From Prochlorococcus sp. AG-459-D04 (lineage in GTDB: Bacteria > Cyanobacteriota > Cyanobacteriia > PCC-6307 > Cyanobiaceae): a DNA stretch of 64,000 nt. The position numbers were made by a program, and so were the translations under genes. Below the pieces are notes generated by a model. It did no database searches. It saw only the letters and a program-made list of their open reading frames with translations, and had not been told where the DNA came from. Positions 40,697 to 50,270 of this stretch are shown piece after piece. Numbering within the stretch: the stretch's first letter is position 1; every line of letters begins with the position of its first letter. The stretch covers positions 10,032 to 74,031 of the forward strand of contig QCRA01000002.1 of the NCBI GenBank assembly GCA_003212035.1. The letters run 5' to 3'.

Positions 40697-40718
40697 GAAA
40701 ATGTAAATTGTTAAAGTC

Positions 40719-40901
40719 TTATTTTTTGCCTATCCAATCATTGGGTTTGTCCATCATCCATTCGAAAACCCCCTTAGCATCAAGGTTTTTAGATGCATAA
40801 ACAAATAAAATTGGAAATATTAAAATTACTGCGCCAATAACTGCTAACTCTATTTTACCGAGCCCCATCTCAGTTACTGTTAATGCAAAATAATTAATCA
40901 T
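40719..40901 (-). CDS. single-TM hypothetical protein
   Basis: hydrophobic LAVIGAVILIFPILFVYA, Trp-rich tail. Confidence 0.7.
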   Translation of the reverse strand: MINYFALTVTEMGLGKIELAVIGAVILIFPILFVYASKNLDAKGVFEWMMDKPNDWIGKK

Positions 40902-41072
40902 TATCTTTATTGAAAGAAAATTTATATCTACATAATTTACAAAAAATTTTAATTATTTTACTTCTTTATAAAAAATCTTAATTGTTTAAAGTGAAATATA
41001 TTTGTATAAAGTACCTATTTTATTGATTCAGACTTTTTAATAATTTAAATAATATACTGCTGTTTGATAGTT

Positions 41073-41216
41073 ATGAATTATGAAATTATTATTTTCACAC
41101 CAATTTTTGCAGTATTGATTGGATCTATAGTTTTTACAATTTTAAAAAGAAGAAAGAGAACAGCTAAAAGTATTTATAAATTAATAGATGATTTAGAAAA
41201 AAAATACTTATATTAA
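41073..41216 (+). CDS. 47-aa single-TM microprotein (not in ORF track)
   Basis: MNYEIIIFTPIFAVLIGSIVFTILKRRKRTAKSIYKLIDDLEKKYLY; TM followed by a basic stop-transfer segment. Confidence 0.55.
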   Translation: MNYEIIIFTPIFAVLIGSIVFTILKRRKRTAKSIYKLIDDLEKKYLY

Positions 41217-41237
41217 TCTTTTTTGTAGGAAAAAAGA

Positions 41238-41534
41238 TTAATCAAATTCTATACCTACTTCTTCTTTTAAATCTCTCTCCAAATCTGGAAGATGAGGTTC
41301 AACCCAATGATCTTTGTTATCAATACCAGCTGCATTTACATAATTCATGATGTGTTGATCCACTTGCTTGTAAAGATCATGCAAATTTAAATCCATACGA
41401 ATATCATGTGCAATTTCAGAGACTTGTTCTTCTGTTAGACAATGATCTGGATGAAGTAAATCACAACATGGAATTCTCTTCTCAATCAATTCATTTAGAT
41501 TGATTTTTATTTCGTAATCTTGATGGACAGTCAT
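41238..41534 (-). CDS. hypothetical His/Cys/acidic protein
   Basis: 98-aa ORF, IPCCDLLHPDHC motif. Confidence 0.75.
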   Translation of the reverse strand: MTVHQDYEIKINLNELIEKRIPCCDLLHPDHCLTEEQVSEIAHDIRMDLNLHDLYKQVDQHIMNYVNAAGIDNKDHWVEPHLPDLERDLKEEVGIEFD

Positions 41535-41627
41535 TGATTTTATATCTATACCTCTATTCTAATTACCTTTAAGGTTTTGTATATCTTTAGTCAAGAAACA
41601 AAGTTCTTTAGTACCAATGGAGTAATT

Positions 41628-41783
41628 TTAAATAAATAGATCTTCCAAATCTTTATACAAATCATCTCTCTCTTTTTTGTTTTCTTTAAGATTATGATGA
41701 TCTAATGAAAGTTCTCTTTTTGAGTTGTAGAAAAGATATCCAAGTGCTCCTAAAAGTAAGGTTGTCGGAAGAATCATTTGCAT
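41628..41783 (-). CDS. 51-aa N-anchored microprotein (not in ORF track)
   Basis: MQMILPTTLLLGALGYLFYNSKRELSLDHHNLKENKKERDDLYKDLEDLFI. Confidence 0.55.
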   Translation of the reverse strand: MQMILPTTLLLGALGYLFYNSKRELSLDHHNLKENKKERDDLYKDLEDLFI

Positions 41784-41805
41784 TTAATTGACTTATAATG
41801 AATAT

Positions 41806-41838
41806 AGTGCAACACTTATGACAGTCAAGTGCCGAACT
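41806..41838. promoter_or_regulatory. two AGT-N5-ACT palindromes 22 bp apart, candidate RHH operator
   Basis: AGTGCAACACT (41806) and AGTGCCGAACT (41828). Confidence 0.45.
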
Positions 41839-41854
41839 TTAAATAGATCTTTAA

Positions 41855-42253
41855 ATGCCCACCAAGAAAAAAAGAGTTGGTTTTATTCCTAGGGAAGATG
41901 TGATGAGAATAATCGAGAAATTGAGCATAGAGAACAATATAAGTAATTCAAAAATAATAAGTATTTTAGTTGAAGAAGCACTTTCTATAAGAGGTATATT
42001 TAACAAAAAAATTGGAAAAGTAACTCAATCATATCAGCAATATAACGATAATTCAGAAATCTTATCTGATAATTCTACTAGCTTTATAGATAATGAAGAA
42101 GTCTCAATTGATCCTAAATTAGGAAATCATTTTAGTTCTGCTAAGTCAACCCATTTAAATAAACCAAATCAGGAGGCTATTGACTTGCAAACTTATAAAA
42201 AGTTTTTATTATTCCTTAAATTTCAGGAAATGATGGATAAATATAATACTTGA
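41855..42253 (+). CDS. ribbon-helix-helix (CopG-like) DNA-binding protein
   Basis: KKRVGFIP beta strand, helix, SNSKIISILVEEAL helix. Confidence 0.7.
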   Translation: MPTKKKRVGFIPREDVMRIIEKLSIENNISNSKIISILVEEALSIRGIFNKKIGKVTQSYQQYNDNSEILSDNSTSFIDNEEVSIDPKLGNHFSSAKSTHLNKPNQEAIDLQTYKKFLLFLKFQEMMDKYNT

Positions 42254-42377
42254 ATAGTGTTGCTAAGTGATGTACTGTGCGTTAAATTAAATTTGTATTT
42301 ATAGGAGATTTTCGTATTACAATTTTTTTCACTATTTCAAAAACTTAAATTCAATAATCTATAAAATATTTTTTCTT

Positions 42378-42698
42378 ATGAATTCATCTCTCCCATTTTT
42401 ATCTGTAAATCTCCTTCCTCCAGAAAAGTTATATTGTAACTTTAGTTATTGGAGCTCTTTGTTCTCTCAGGATATGCAAATTTTATGGGATAAAGCTCAT
42501 GGAGTACCTTTAGAAAAACTGCCAAAAGGTGTTTCTGATATGATTTTTCCGTATTTATTGCTTGCTCTCTCAGACTATAAGACTTCTCAAATAAATAAAA
42601 TGAATGGAATAGGATTAGACAATCTATTAAGCCTTTGGTTTGATAAGTACTTATTAAATAAAAATGGTTACTTCGAGCTAATAAAAAATAATATTTAA
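42378..42698 (+). CDS. hypothetical protein
   Basis: 106-aa ATG ORF. Confidence 0.55.
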   Translation: MNSSLPFLSVNLLPPEKLYCNFSYWSSLFSQDMQILWDKAHGVPLEKLPKGVSDMIFPYLLLALSDYKTSQINKMNGIGLDNLLSLWFDKYLLNKNGYFELIKNNI

Positions 42699-42818
42699 AA
42701 TTAGCTATAAATTTCAAATTTAATTGCTATGTATATTTATTGCATTTAAGCATTTTTTAAGTGATTCTTTACGAATTGGCACATCAATAGTTTTGCTATA
42801 AATATATTAAATGGTTTG

Positions 42819-42914
42819 ATGATGAATTCATTAAATTTCTTTTTAGCAAATATGTGTACCGTCGTTTTGATATTTCTAATCAGGAGAGATATAAAATTAA
42901 GAAAAGCAAGATAA
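42819..42914 (+). CDS. 31-aa putative TM peptide
   Basis: MMNSLNFFLANMCTVVLIFLIRRDIKLRKAR. Confidence 0.35.
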   Translation: MMNSLNFFLANMCTVVLIFLIRRDIKLRKAR

Positions 42915-43044
42915 ATGAAATTTAATTCAAAAACCCTAAGCTTGATATTAAATTTGTTATTTTACTTGTTTATTTTTATTATTTAATTTTTGGTCTTTAT
43001 TCATTAATTTTTTAAAAAATTCAAAAATTAATATTCAAATTTGG

Positions 43045-43073
43045 TTGACTTTTGTTGTTAATGCGATGATAAT
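43045..43073 (+). promoter_or_regulatory. sigma70-like promoter
   Basis: TTGACT-N17-GATAAT. Confidence 0.5.
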
Positions 43074-43094
43074 GACAAAAATAAATTTTTAATT

Positions 43095-43268
43095 GTGAAT
43101 CCTCTTTCAGATACTTTTGATGATTTTGTTGATAATCTACTTTCATCAGATGTTAATTTGTTGAAAGGGGAACTTGATTTGCTGCTTATGCAACACTTAT
43201 TTAATTCTATAGATTTGAAGCATATTAAAAAATCTGAAATTGATGAAAACGAATCGTTAGCTGCTTAA
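43095..43268 (+). CDS. 57-aa acidic microprotein ending in DENESLAA (not in ORF track)
   Basis: GTG start; MNPLSDTFDDFVDNLLSSDVNLLKGELDLLLMQHLFNSIDLKHIKKSEIDENESLAA. Confidence 0.6.
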   Translation: MNPLSDTFDDFVDNLLSSDVNLLKGELDLLLMQHLFNSIDLKHIKKSEIDENESLAA

Positions 43269-43274
43269 TTTTTT

Positions 43275-43385
43275 ATGAAATTTTTTTATGAAAAGTTATG
43301 GGTCCCAGTTTTTGGTTATATTTTATCAAAATTTGTTTTTTTAATTGAAGGTAAAGAGCAAGATTCTAAAAATAAAAAAAAATAA
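43275..43385 (+). CDS. 36-aa putative peptide
   Basis: MKFFYEKLWVPVFGYILSKFVFLIEGKEQDSKNKKK, 6 nt after the previous stop. Confidence 0.4.
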   Translation: MKFFYEKLWVPVFGYILSKFVFLIEGKEQDSKNKKK

Positions 43386-43526
43386 ATTAATTACTTTTTG
43401 TCTTTATAAAGTATTTTTAATTACATAATTTAAGTCTGTATATTTTGATAACAACAAAAGTTGTGCTTTAAATTTACGAATATATGCATGGTTGGAATAT
43501 ACATAATTGCTTTTTAGCAAATTAAT

Positions 43527-43709
43527 ATGAACAAAAATAATATTTTAAAGCCATATACAGTGCATTACCGTGATTTTCAAAATATAAGATTAGAAAATTG
43601 TTTTTATGCTTTTGACGCTTACGAGGCTAGAACACTAGCAATGGAATTTAATAAGTATATTAATGAACATCCAAATAGCATAGACCTAATAAGATGCGAA
43701 AATGATTAA
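43527..43709 (+). CDS. hypothetical protein
   Basis: 60-aa ATG ORF, YTVHYRD...CFYA.DAYEAR..AME pattern. Confidence 0.7.
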   Translation: MNKNNILKPYTVHYRDFQNIRLENCFYAFDAYEARTLAMEFNKYINEHPNSIDLIRCEND

Positions 43710-43738
43710 AAATTTTAGTAATTTAAAATAAAATTTAT

Positions 43739-44449
43739 TTAAACACTTAAGAATTTATCAATAACTGCTTGACTCAACTCACTAGTATTTCCACTTGCAA
43801 CAATACCTCCGCGTTGCATAGCATAATATCTATTGGCTTGCCTCACAAAATGCAAGTGTTGTTCAACTAATAAAACACCAATTCCTGTATCTCTAATTAT
43901 CTGGTTAATTGCATTTTCTATGTCCAAAACTATATTCGGCTGAATACCTTCCGTTGGTTCGTCAAGCAATAGAAGTTGAGGTTTACCTAGCAGTGCTCTT
44001 GCAATAGCTAATTGCTGTTGTTGTCCTCCACTAAGATCTCCTCCTTTCCTTAGAAGGAAATCTTTAAGGATTGGGAAGAGATCATAGATAAATGGATCTA
44101 TTTTCTTGTTCTTAGATAAACCACCTGGTAGAGACTCCATCCCTAACATAAGATTCTCTTCAACTGATAGGTATGGAATAATTTCTCTTCCTTGAGGAAC
44201 GTAAGCCATTCCTTTCCTAGCCCTCTGATGAGGTGCTTTTCTGTTGATATTTTCACCAATCAAATAAATATCTCCTTTTTTTTGTTTAAGCAAACCAATT
44301 AGTGATTTCAATAAAGTTGTTTTGCCAACTCCATTTCTTCCAATCAAACAAACCATTTCTCCTGATTTAACGTTTAAATCGACATCTCTAAGAATATGAC
44401 TCTCGCCATAATAAGTATTTAACGATTTTATTTCGAGTAAATTTTCCAT
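43739..44449 (-). CDS. urtE: urea ABC transporter ATP-binding subunit
   Basis: GRNGVGKT, YVPQGRE, LSGGQQQQL, DEPTEGIQP. Confidence 0.95.
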   Translation of the reverse strand: MENLLEIKSLNTYYGESHILRDVDLNVKSGEMVCLIGRNGVGKTTLLKSLIGLLKQKKGDIYLIGENINRKAPHQRARKGMAYVPQGREIIPYLSVEENLMLGMESLPGGLSKNKKIDPFIYDLFPILKDFLLRKGGDLSGGQQQQLAIARALLGKPQLLLLDEPTEGIQPNIVLDIENAINQIIRDTGIGVLLVEQHLHFVRQANRYYAMQRGGIVASGNTSELSQAVIDKFLSV

Positions 44450-44451
44450 AA

Positions 44452-45201
44452 CTAGTCCTCAGGTCTTCCTAGATAAACATCAATAACTTTTTTGTCTTTT
44501 TGTATAGTTTCCATCGTTCCCTCACATAATACCGTGCCCTGATTTAATACTGAAACATTACTATCAAGTCTTCTTATAAATTCCATATCATGATCTATTA
44601 CCACTACTGTATTTTCGCCTGATAAAGATTTTAATAAATCAGCTGTAAGATCTGTTTCTTCATCAGTTAAACCGGCAACAGGTTCATCAACTAACATTAA
44701 ATCTGGCTTCTGTCCTACTAACATGGCTATCTCGAGCCATTGTTTTTGGCCATGTGATAAAGATCCAGCTTTAGAATCAACTTTTTGAGCTAAATTAACA
44801 ATCTTCATGAGACGATCAATCTCATTAAGCTGCTCATCTTTAATACTTTTATTTATAAGGTTTAAGGGACTTTTAGGAGTTGTCACGGATATTTCAAGAT
44901 TTTCTTTAACTGTTAGATTTTCAAAGATTCTTGGACTTTGGAACTTTCTTCCAACTCCAAGTCTTGCTATTTTATGCTCCTTTCTACCTACTAATGATTT
45001 TCCTTTAAAAATTACTTCACCGTTTGTTGGCTTAACCTTTCCAGTTATTACATCAAGAAATGTTGTTTTGCCTGCGCCATTGGGTCCTATTACAGCTCTT
45101 AATTCTCCTTTCTTCAAATTTAAATTAAGTTTGTTGAGAGCTAAGAAACCCTCGAAACTAACAGTAATATCTATCAAATTTAGAAGATCTTTATTATTCA
45201 T
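44452..45201 (-). CDS. urtD: urea ABC transporter ATP-binding subunit
   Basis: GPNGAGKT, GRKFQ, LSHGQKQWLEI. Confidence 0.95.
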   Translation of the reverse strand: MNNKDLLNLIDITVSFEGFLALNKLNLNLKKGELRAVIGPNGAGKTTFLDVITGKVKPTNGEVIFKGKSLVGRKEHKIARLGVGRKFQSPRIFENLTVKENLEISVTTPKSPLNLINKSIKDEQLNEIDRLMKIVNLAQKVDSKAGSLSHGQKQWLEIAMLVGQKPDLMLVDEPVAGLTDEETDLTADLLKSLSGENTVVVIDHDMEFIRRLDSNVSVLNQGTVLCEGTMETIQKDKKVIDVYLGRPED

Positions 45202-46324
45202 TATTCCCCTCCTTATTATTAACTTCTAAGCTTGGATAGGTTTCAATCTTTCTTTTCAAACCAAATCTTTGAAGAAGATTCCTAGGGCCATCTCCTTGAA
45301 TCCATCCTAAAACTCCTTCTGGTAGAGCTGTTACAACTAAGATAAATAACCCTCCTTGAATAAACATCCAGCTTGCAGGTAAAGCTTCACTAACTAGACT
45401 TTTTGCATAGTTGATGAAAACTGCTCCTAGTATCGCTCCCAATAAAGTTCCTCTTCCTCCAACAGCAACCCATATAACCATTTCTATAGAAAAGGGAACC
45501 GTCATAAACTGAGGGGATACTATTCCAGACTGAACGGTATATAAAGCTCCCGAAATTCCTGCGAGACCTCCAGCAATAGAAAATATTATCGTCTTGAATA
45601 TAACTGGGTTGTATCCTGTAAACCTAACTCTTGGTTCATCATCTCGTATTCCTATAAGAATATTTCCAAATCTTCCTTTAACTACCCATTTTGCAAAGAA
45701 CCACGCGGCTATTACTAGTATGGCGGTTATCCAAAAGAATATTCTTTGCATGGACTCAGAGCCTACCATCTGACCAAATAGTTGTGTTACATCTGTTTTT
45801 AATCCATTTGTTCCATTTATAAGTTTTTGTTGTCCATTAAAGAAATTAAAGAATACAAGAAGAGAAGCTTGAGTAAGTATAGAAAAATAAACCCCTTTGA
45901 TTCTATTCCTAAAAACAAGAAATCCAATTAAACCTGCAACCAAAGCTGGAATTATCCAGATAGCGAAGAAGGTAAAAACAGGGGATCTAAACGGTTCCCA
46001 GAAAAAAGGTAATTTTTCAACACCATATAAAGCAAAAAATTCAGGAATATTATTTGGAAATTCAGAGGAGCTGGTTATTTGTAAATACATTGCTGCACAA
46101 TATCCACCTAGTGCAAAAAATATACCTTGTCCAAGACTTAGTAAACCTGTATATCCCCAGATAAGATCAACACCAAGTGCAACTATGGATAAGGATAAGT
46201 ATCTACCAAGAAGGTTTAGTCTAAATACAGGGAGTAAAGTTGGTGCCGCAATAATTAATGCTATTAATATTATCCAAAATGATAATACTATTTTTTTATC
46301 AAATTTAATTTTACTTAAGGACAT
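45194..46324 (-). CDS. urtC: urea ABC transporter permease
   Basis: DLIWGYTGLLSLGQ, GVYFSILTQA, VAVGGRGTL. Confidence 0.95.
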   Translation of the reverse strand: MSLSKIKFDKKIVLSFWIILIALIIAAPTLLPVFRLNLLGRYLSLSIVALGVDLIWGYTGLLSLGQGIFFALGGYCAAMYLQITSSSEFPNNIPEFFALYGVEKLPFFWEPFRSPVFTFFAIWIIPALVAGLIGFLVFRNRIKGVYFSILTQASLLVFFNFFNGQQKLINGTNGLKTDVTQLFGQMVGSESMQRIFFWITAILVIAAWFFAKWVVKGRFGNILIGIRDDEPRVRFTGYNPVIFKTIIFSIAGGLAGISGALYTVQSGIVSPQFMTVPFSIEMVIWVAVGGRGTLLGAILGAVFINYAKSLVSEALPASWMFIQGGLFILVVTALPEGVLGWIQGDGPRNLLQRFGLKRKIETYPSLEVNNKEGNNE

Positions 46325-47478
46325 TAGTTCTCAACCATCCTTCCTTTTTGAGGAAATAAACCTGTAGGTTTAAATTGTAAGAATATAACAATTAGTGCAA
46401 ATATCATCACTCTTGCCATACTTGTGGTCGCAAAAAAATTAATTATGTTTGATAAAGATAAAGGCATATCTGGCCATATTGATAAGAGCCTTCCAGCTCC
46501 AATTAAATCAGTCATTATTCCTATTCCAAATGAAGCGAGTACTGTTCCTAATAAATTTCCTACTCCTCCTAGTACTACAACCATGAAACAACCAACTATA
46601 TAGTTTCCTCCAACATTTGGCCCTACAGAACCTAAAAGAGATACTGCTACCCCAGCAACTCCTGCTAAGCCAGATCCAATTCCAAAAGTAATTATATCCA
46701 CTTTTTCAGTAGATATACCAAGACAGTCGCTCATTTGTCGGTTCTGAGTAACTGCTCTTATACGCATCCCCCAAGCACTTTGATTAAGAAATAATGTTAT
46801 TGCTATTACTGAGATTAGAGTAATGACAATTATCATTAATCTTGTTTTAGGAAATGCAGTGCCAATAATTTCAACTTGACCTCTCATCCATGAGGGAGCT
46901 GTTACATCAACATTTCGAGCACTTGCTCTACTAAGTTTGCTGACAGAGGATGAGATTACGCTACCTGTCAGGACCCCCGTTAAAGCAGCAAATATCCAAG
47001 AACTAAATTTAAAATATTTGAAATTTATTGATTCTTTTATTTTTGAAGGAAATGTTGTTGGTAATAATAAACCAATTAAGAGACTTATAACCAGACCGGT
47101 CCCATATGCTAAAGGTACACTCCTGACAAACTGTTGAAGAATTAAGCTTACGCCCCAAGTTGCGAGAAGTGTTTCTAGTGGACTTCCATAAAGCTTTCTT
47201 ATTATAGTTTTTTCGAGGAGAATTCCTACTACTCCACTAACAATAAAAGCAAGAAAAATAGAAACTATTATGTACGAATTGTAGAAAGGTTTTAATATAG
47301 GTAATTTGAAAATTAATTGTGTTACATATGTTGTATAAGCCCCAAGCATCATAAGTTCTCCATGGGCAAGATTTATTACACCCATTAGACCAAAAACAAT
47401 TGCTAGACCTAATGCAGCAACAAGTAGTACAGATCCGATTGCAACACCATTAAAAAGACTATCGAGAAGTAACTCCAA
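46324..47478 (-). CDS. urtB: urea ABC transporter permease
   Basis: GLMGVINLAHGE, LETLLATWG, RIRAVTQNR; TTG start. Confidence 0.95.
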   Translation of the reverse strand: MELLLDSLFNGVAIGSVLLVAALGLAIVFGLMGVINLAHGELMMLGAYTTYVTQLIFKLPILKPFYNSYIIVSIFLAFIVSGVVGILLEKTIIRKLYGSPLETLLATWGVSLILQQFVRSVPLAYGTGLVISLLIGLLLPTTFPSKIKESINFKYFKFSSWIFAALTGVLTGSVISSSVSKLSRASARNVDVTAPSWMRGQVEIIGTAFPKTRLMIIVITLISVIAITLFLNQSAWGMRIRAVTQNRQMSDCLGISTEKVDIITFGIGSGLAGVAGVAVSLLGSVGPNVGGNYIVGCFMVVVLGGVGNLLGTVLASFGIGIMTDLIGAGRLLSIWPDMPLSLSNIINFFATTSMARVMIFALIVIFLQFKPTGLFPQKGRMVEN

Positions 47479-47507
47479 TTTAGAAAAAGAAAAATATTTG
47501 TTTATAT

Positions 47508-47541
47508 AAAATAAAAGGAGGCGTTAACCTCCTTTTATTTT
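47508..47541 (-). terminator. 14-bp perfect hairpin between urtA and urtB
   Basis: AAAATAAAAGGAGG-cgttaa-CCTCCTTTTATTTT. Confidence 0.85.
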
Positions 47542-47562
47542 GAAGTATAGGTTTTAATTAGA

Positions 47563-48840
47563 TTAAAGCTTATACTTTTCTCCTTTGGAAGGATCTGTCC
47601 AATCGCATGCAAATCCTTTTGAACTTGGATGCTTTTGGTTCCATGCTTGAGGAAGAACAACTCCTGTCTCTTCAAGGATTGTAAATCCGCCCTCTGCATT
47701 AATCTCCCCAATTCTTACTGTTTGAGATAAGTGGTGATTAGGCATAACTTCAACAGGACCTTGTGGAGCATCAAACGTTTGTCCAACAAGAGCTTCCCTT
47801 ACTGCGTTGTCGTCGAATGTTCCAGCATCTTCTACTGCTTGTTTCCACAAGTAGACCATGTTATAAGCAGATTCTTGAGGATCAGCTACAACACGATCTG
47901 CTCCCCATCTTTTCTTGAAACTTGCAGCAAATTTCTTAGATGCAGGAGTATCAATTGACATCATGTAGTTCCAAGCGCCGTAGTGACCTTCAAGGAACTC
48001 AGGACCAATTGTACTTATCTCTTCTTCAGCAATTGAATAGTTCATTACGTAGTACCCACTTGAAGGTGTGATACCTGCGTCTTGAATTTGTTTGAAGAAT
48101 GCAACGTTTTGGTCACCATTAAGAGTATTAATGATTATTCCACCGTCAGGCAAAGCTTTTTTGATTTTTGAGATAATTGGAGCAACTTCAGTATTTCCTA
48201 ATGGAAGGTAATCTTCTCCAACAACTTTACCGCCTAACTGTTTTACCTGAGCTTTAGTGATTGTGTTTGAAGTTCTTGGGAAAACATAATCAGAACCTAC
48301 AAGGAAGAAATCTCCACCAGCTGCGGGAGAACGCTTATACATGAAATCTGTAGCGGGTTCCGATTGTTGGTTTGGTGTAGCTCCGGTATAGAAAATGTTG
48401 TTAGAACATTCTTGAGCTTCATATTGAATTGGGTAGTAGAGGAAAGCATCTTTTGATTCGTAGACAGGTAACATTGCCTTTCTACTTGCAGATGTCCATC
48501 CACCAAATACGACAGGAACTCCGTCTTGGTCTATAAGTTTCTTTGATTTTTCAGCAAAAGTTGGCCAGTCAGATGCACCATCTTCAACTATGTATTCTAT
48601 TTTGTAGCTTTTGCCGCCAACTGTAACACCACCAGCAGCATTTATCTCTTCAATAGCCATTTTTTCTGTATCAACAAGAGTTGATTCAGAGATAGCCATT
48701 GTTCCGGATAACGAATGCAAAATACCTACGGTAACTGTGTCATCGAAACTTCCGGAGGTTCCGCCTCCACCACAGGAAGTTGCGGTGACCGCAAGTGAGG
48801 CAGTAGCTAAACCTGCCAAAATACGCCTTGAAATTCTCAT
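47563..48840 (-). CDS. urtA: urea ABC transporter substrate-binding lipoprotein
   Basis: lipobox ATSC, LHSLSGTMAISE, WTSASRK, GSDYVFPR. Confidence 0.96.
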   Translation of the reverse strand: MRISRRILAGLATASLAVTATSCGGGGTSGSFDDTVTVGILHSLSGTMAISESTLVDTEKMAIEEINAAGGVTVGGKSYKIEYIVEDGASDWPTFAEKSKKLIDQDGVPVVFGGWTSASRKAMLPVYESKDAFLYYPIQYEAQECSNNIFYTGATPNQQSEPATDFMYKRSPAAGGDFFLVGSDYVFPRTSNTITKAQVKQLGGKVVGEDYLPLGNTEVAPIISKIKKALPDGGIIINTLNGDQNVAFFKQIQDAGITPSSGYYVMNYSIAEEEISTIGPEFLEGHYGAWNYMMSIDTPASKKFAASFKKRWGADRVVADPQESAYNMVYLWKQAVEDAGTFDDNAVREALVGQTFDAPQGPVEVMPNHHLSQTVRIGEINAEGGFTILEETGVVLPQAWNQKHPSSKGFACDWTDPSKGEKYKL

Positions 48841-48888
48841 GAATTAGGATAAATTAGGTAATTGACCCTGATTAGGGGGATAAATTAA

Positions 48889-48930
48889 AAGTTATTAACG
48901 AGTGAGGATTCGTTTTGTATCAGTCGTAAC
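48889..48930 (-). promoter_or_regulatory. NtcA-activated promoter of urtA
   Basis: minus strand GTT-ACGACTGA-TAC, 22 nt, then TAACTT (TAN3T). Confidence 0.7.
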
Positions 48931-48968
48931 TTTTTGTTGAATCCAATATATTAGTAATGAACATTTTT

Positions 48969-49580
48969 CTACTTTCGATTATTGGGTATATGTGATTCTA
49001 AAAATTGAGTTATTTCTTCAACTCCTGTGCCGCGACTAAGGTTGGTAAAAAACCAAGGTTTACCTTTTCTCATGAATTCAGTATCACTTTTCATAATATT
49101 TAAATCTGCGCCAACTTTATCTGCTAGGTCAATTTTGTTTATTAATAATAAATCCGACCTTGTTATCCCTGGTCCCCCTTTTCTAGGAATTTTGTCTCCG
49201 GCAGATACATCAATTACATATATTGATAAATCTACAAGTTCTGGACTAAAACTAGATGCTAAATTATCACCTCCACTTTCTACAAAAACAAAATCTAAAG
49301 GATTATATTTATTTTCTAAATCTAAAACTGCATTTTTATTTAATGAACAATCCTCTCTTATCGCGGTATGAGGACAACCTCCTGTTTCTACACCAATAAT
49401 TCTTCCTTCCTCTAAAACCTTTTTATTTATTAGAAAATTAGCATCCTCTTTAGTGTAGATATCATTGGTGACAACTGCTATCTCATAATTTTTTTTCATG
49501 CTTAAGCATAGAGTCTCTACTAATGCAGTTTTACCTGAACCTACAGGTCCAGCAACCCCTACTCTCAATTTGCTGCTCAT
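48969..49580 (-). CDS. ureG: urease accessory GTPase
   Basis: [24 protein letters not shown]. Confidence 0.97.
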   Translation of the reverse strand: MSSKLRVGVAGPVGSGKTALVETLCLSMKKNYEIAVVTNDIYTKEDANFLINKKVLEEGRIIGVETGGCPHTAIREDCSLNKNAVLDLENKYNPLDFVFVESGGDNLASSFSPELVDLSIYVIDVSAGDKIPRKGGPGITRSDLLLINKIDLADKVGADLNIMKSDTEFMRKGKPWFFTNLSRGTGVEEITQFLESHIPNNRK

Positions 49581-49583
49581 AAA

Positions 49584-50270
49584 TTAATTTCTAAAAAGTT
49601 TTGTATAAAGGTCATTATGATTTTGTTGTGCCATAGCTAAACCTACATTGCCAAAATAGATGTCATTAATTTCTTTGTCCATGATTTCTTTAGAAACTTT
49701 TGAAATTATTGCCAATAAATCTCTCTGAATTAATTGTGCTTTTGTTGACCCAATAGGAATAATTCTTAATGCAGCACTAAGTTGGTTCGCACTCCACGCA
49801 TAGAAAAAATTCTCAACCATTTCTAACTTGGTAATTTCAAAACAATAACAAGCCCAACTCCACGCTAATGACCAGGAGCTTTTTTTATTATTTTCATATA
49901 GATATTCAAATCCAAATTCTTTGGTTAAATCAAAGAGAGATTTTGCCATTTGAAATTGTTGTTCTCTTATTTCGAGAGTGTCCTTTGATGAGAGGATCCA
50001 ATTATCCAAACTCATTAGCTTTTGCAAATTACCTTTTAAATTTTTGCAGTCGTTTATCTCATTGAAAATATCAAAAAAATCTAGTAAAAGTCTTGCATCG
50101 AGTCTTATCTGACCAATTTTTAGTTCACTTATGATTAAGTCTTTTACCGAATTTGAATCTGTTAAATTTTTATTATGAAGAAAACTCTCCATTCCCTCCG
50201 AATAACAAAATCCTCCAACTGGTAAGTTAGGACTTGTTAATAAATATTTTAGTAAGTGACTTTTACTCAT
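49584..50270 (-). CDS. ureF: urease accessory protein
   Basis: LPVGGFCYSEGME, terminal KLFRN; ATG at 50270 preferred. Confidence 0.92.
   Translation of the reverse strand: MSKSHLLKYLLTSPNLPVGGFCYSEGMESFLHNKNLTDSNSVKDLIISELKIGQIRLDARLLLDFFDIFNEINDCKNLKGNLQKLMSLDNWILSSKDTLEIREQQFQMAKSLFDLTKEFGFEYLYENNKKSSWSLAWSWACYCFEITKLEMVENFFYAWSANQLSAALRIIPIGSTKAQLIQRDLLAIISKVSKEIMDKEINDIYFGNVGLAMAQQNHNDLYTKLFRN

Noticed and set aside
42442-42717. 91-aa minus-strand ORF overlapping 42378-42698
   Set aside because: The plus-strand ORF has an ATG start and more protein-like composition; the minus ORF is probably a shadow.
42915-42986. 23-aa hydrophobic ORF
   Set aside because: Very short, T-rich and low complexity, with no independent support.
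44807-46367. Long plus-strand ORFs (140 and 156 aa) opposite urtD/urtC, and similar shadows opposite ureC, ureG, ilvD, hisA and others
   Set aside because: Antisense shadows of well-supported genes, with no motifs of their own.
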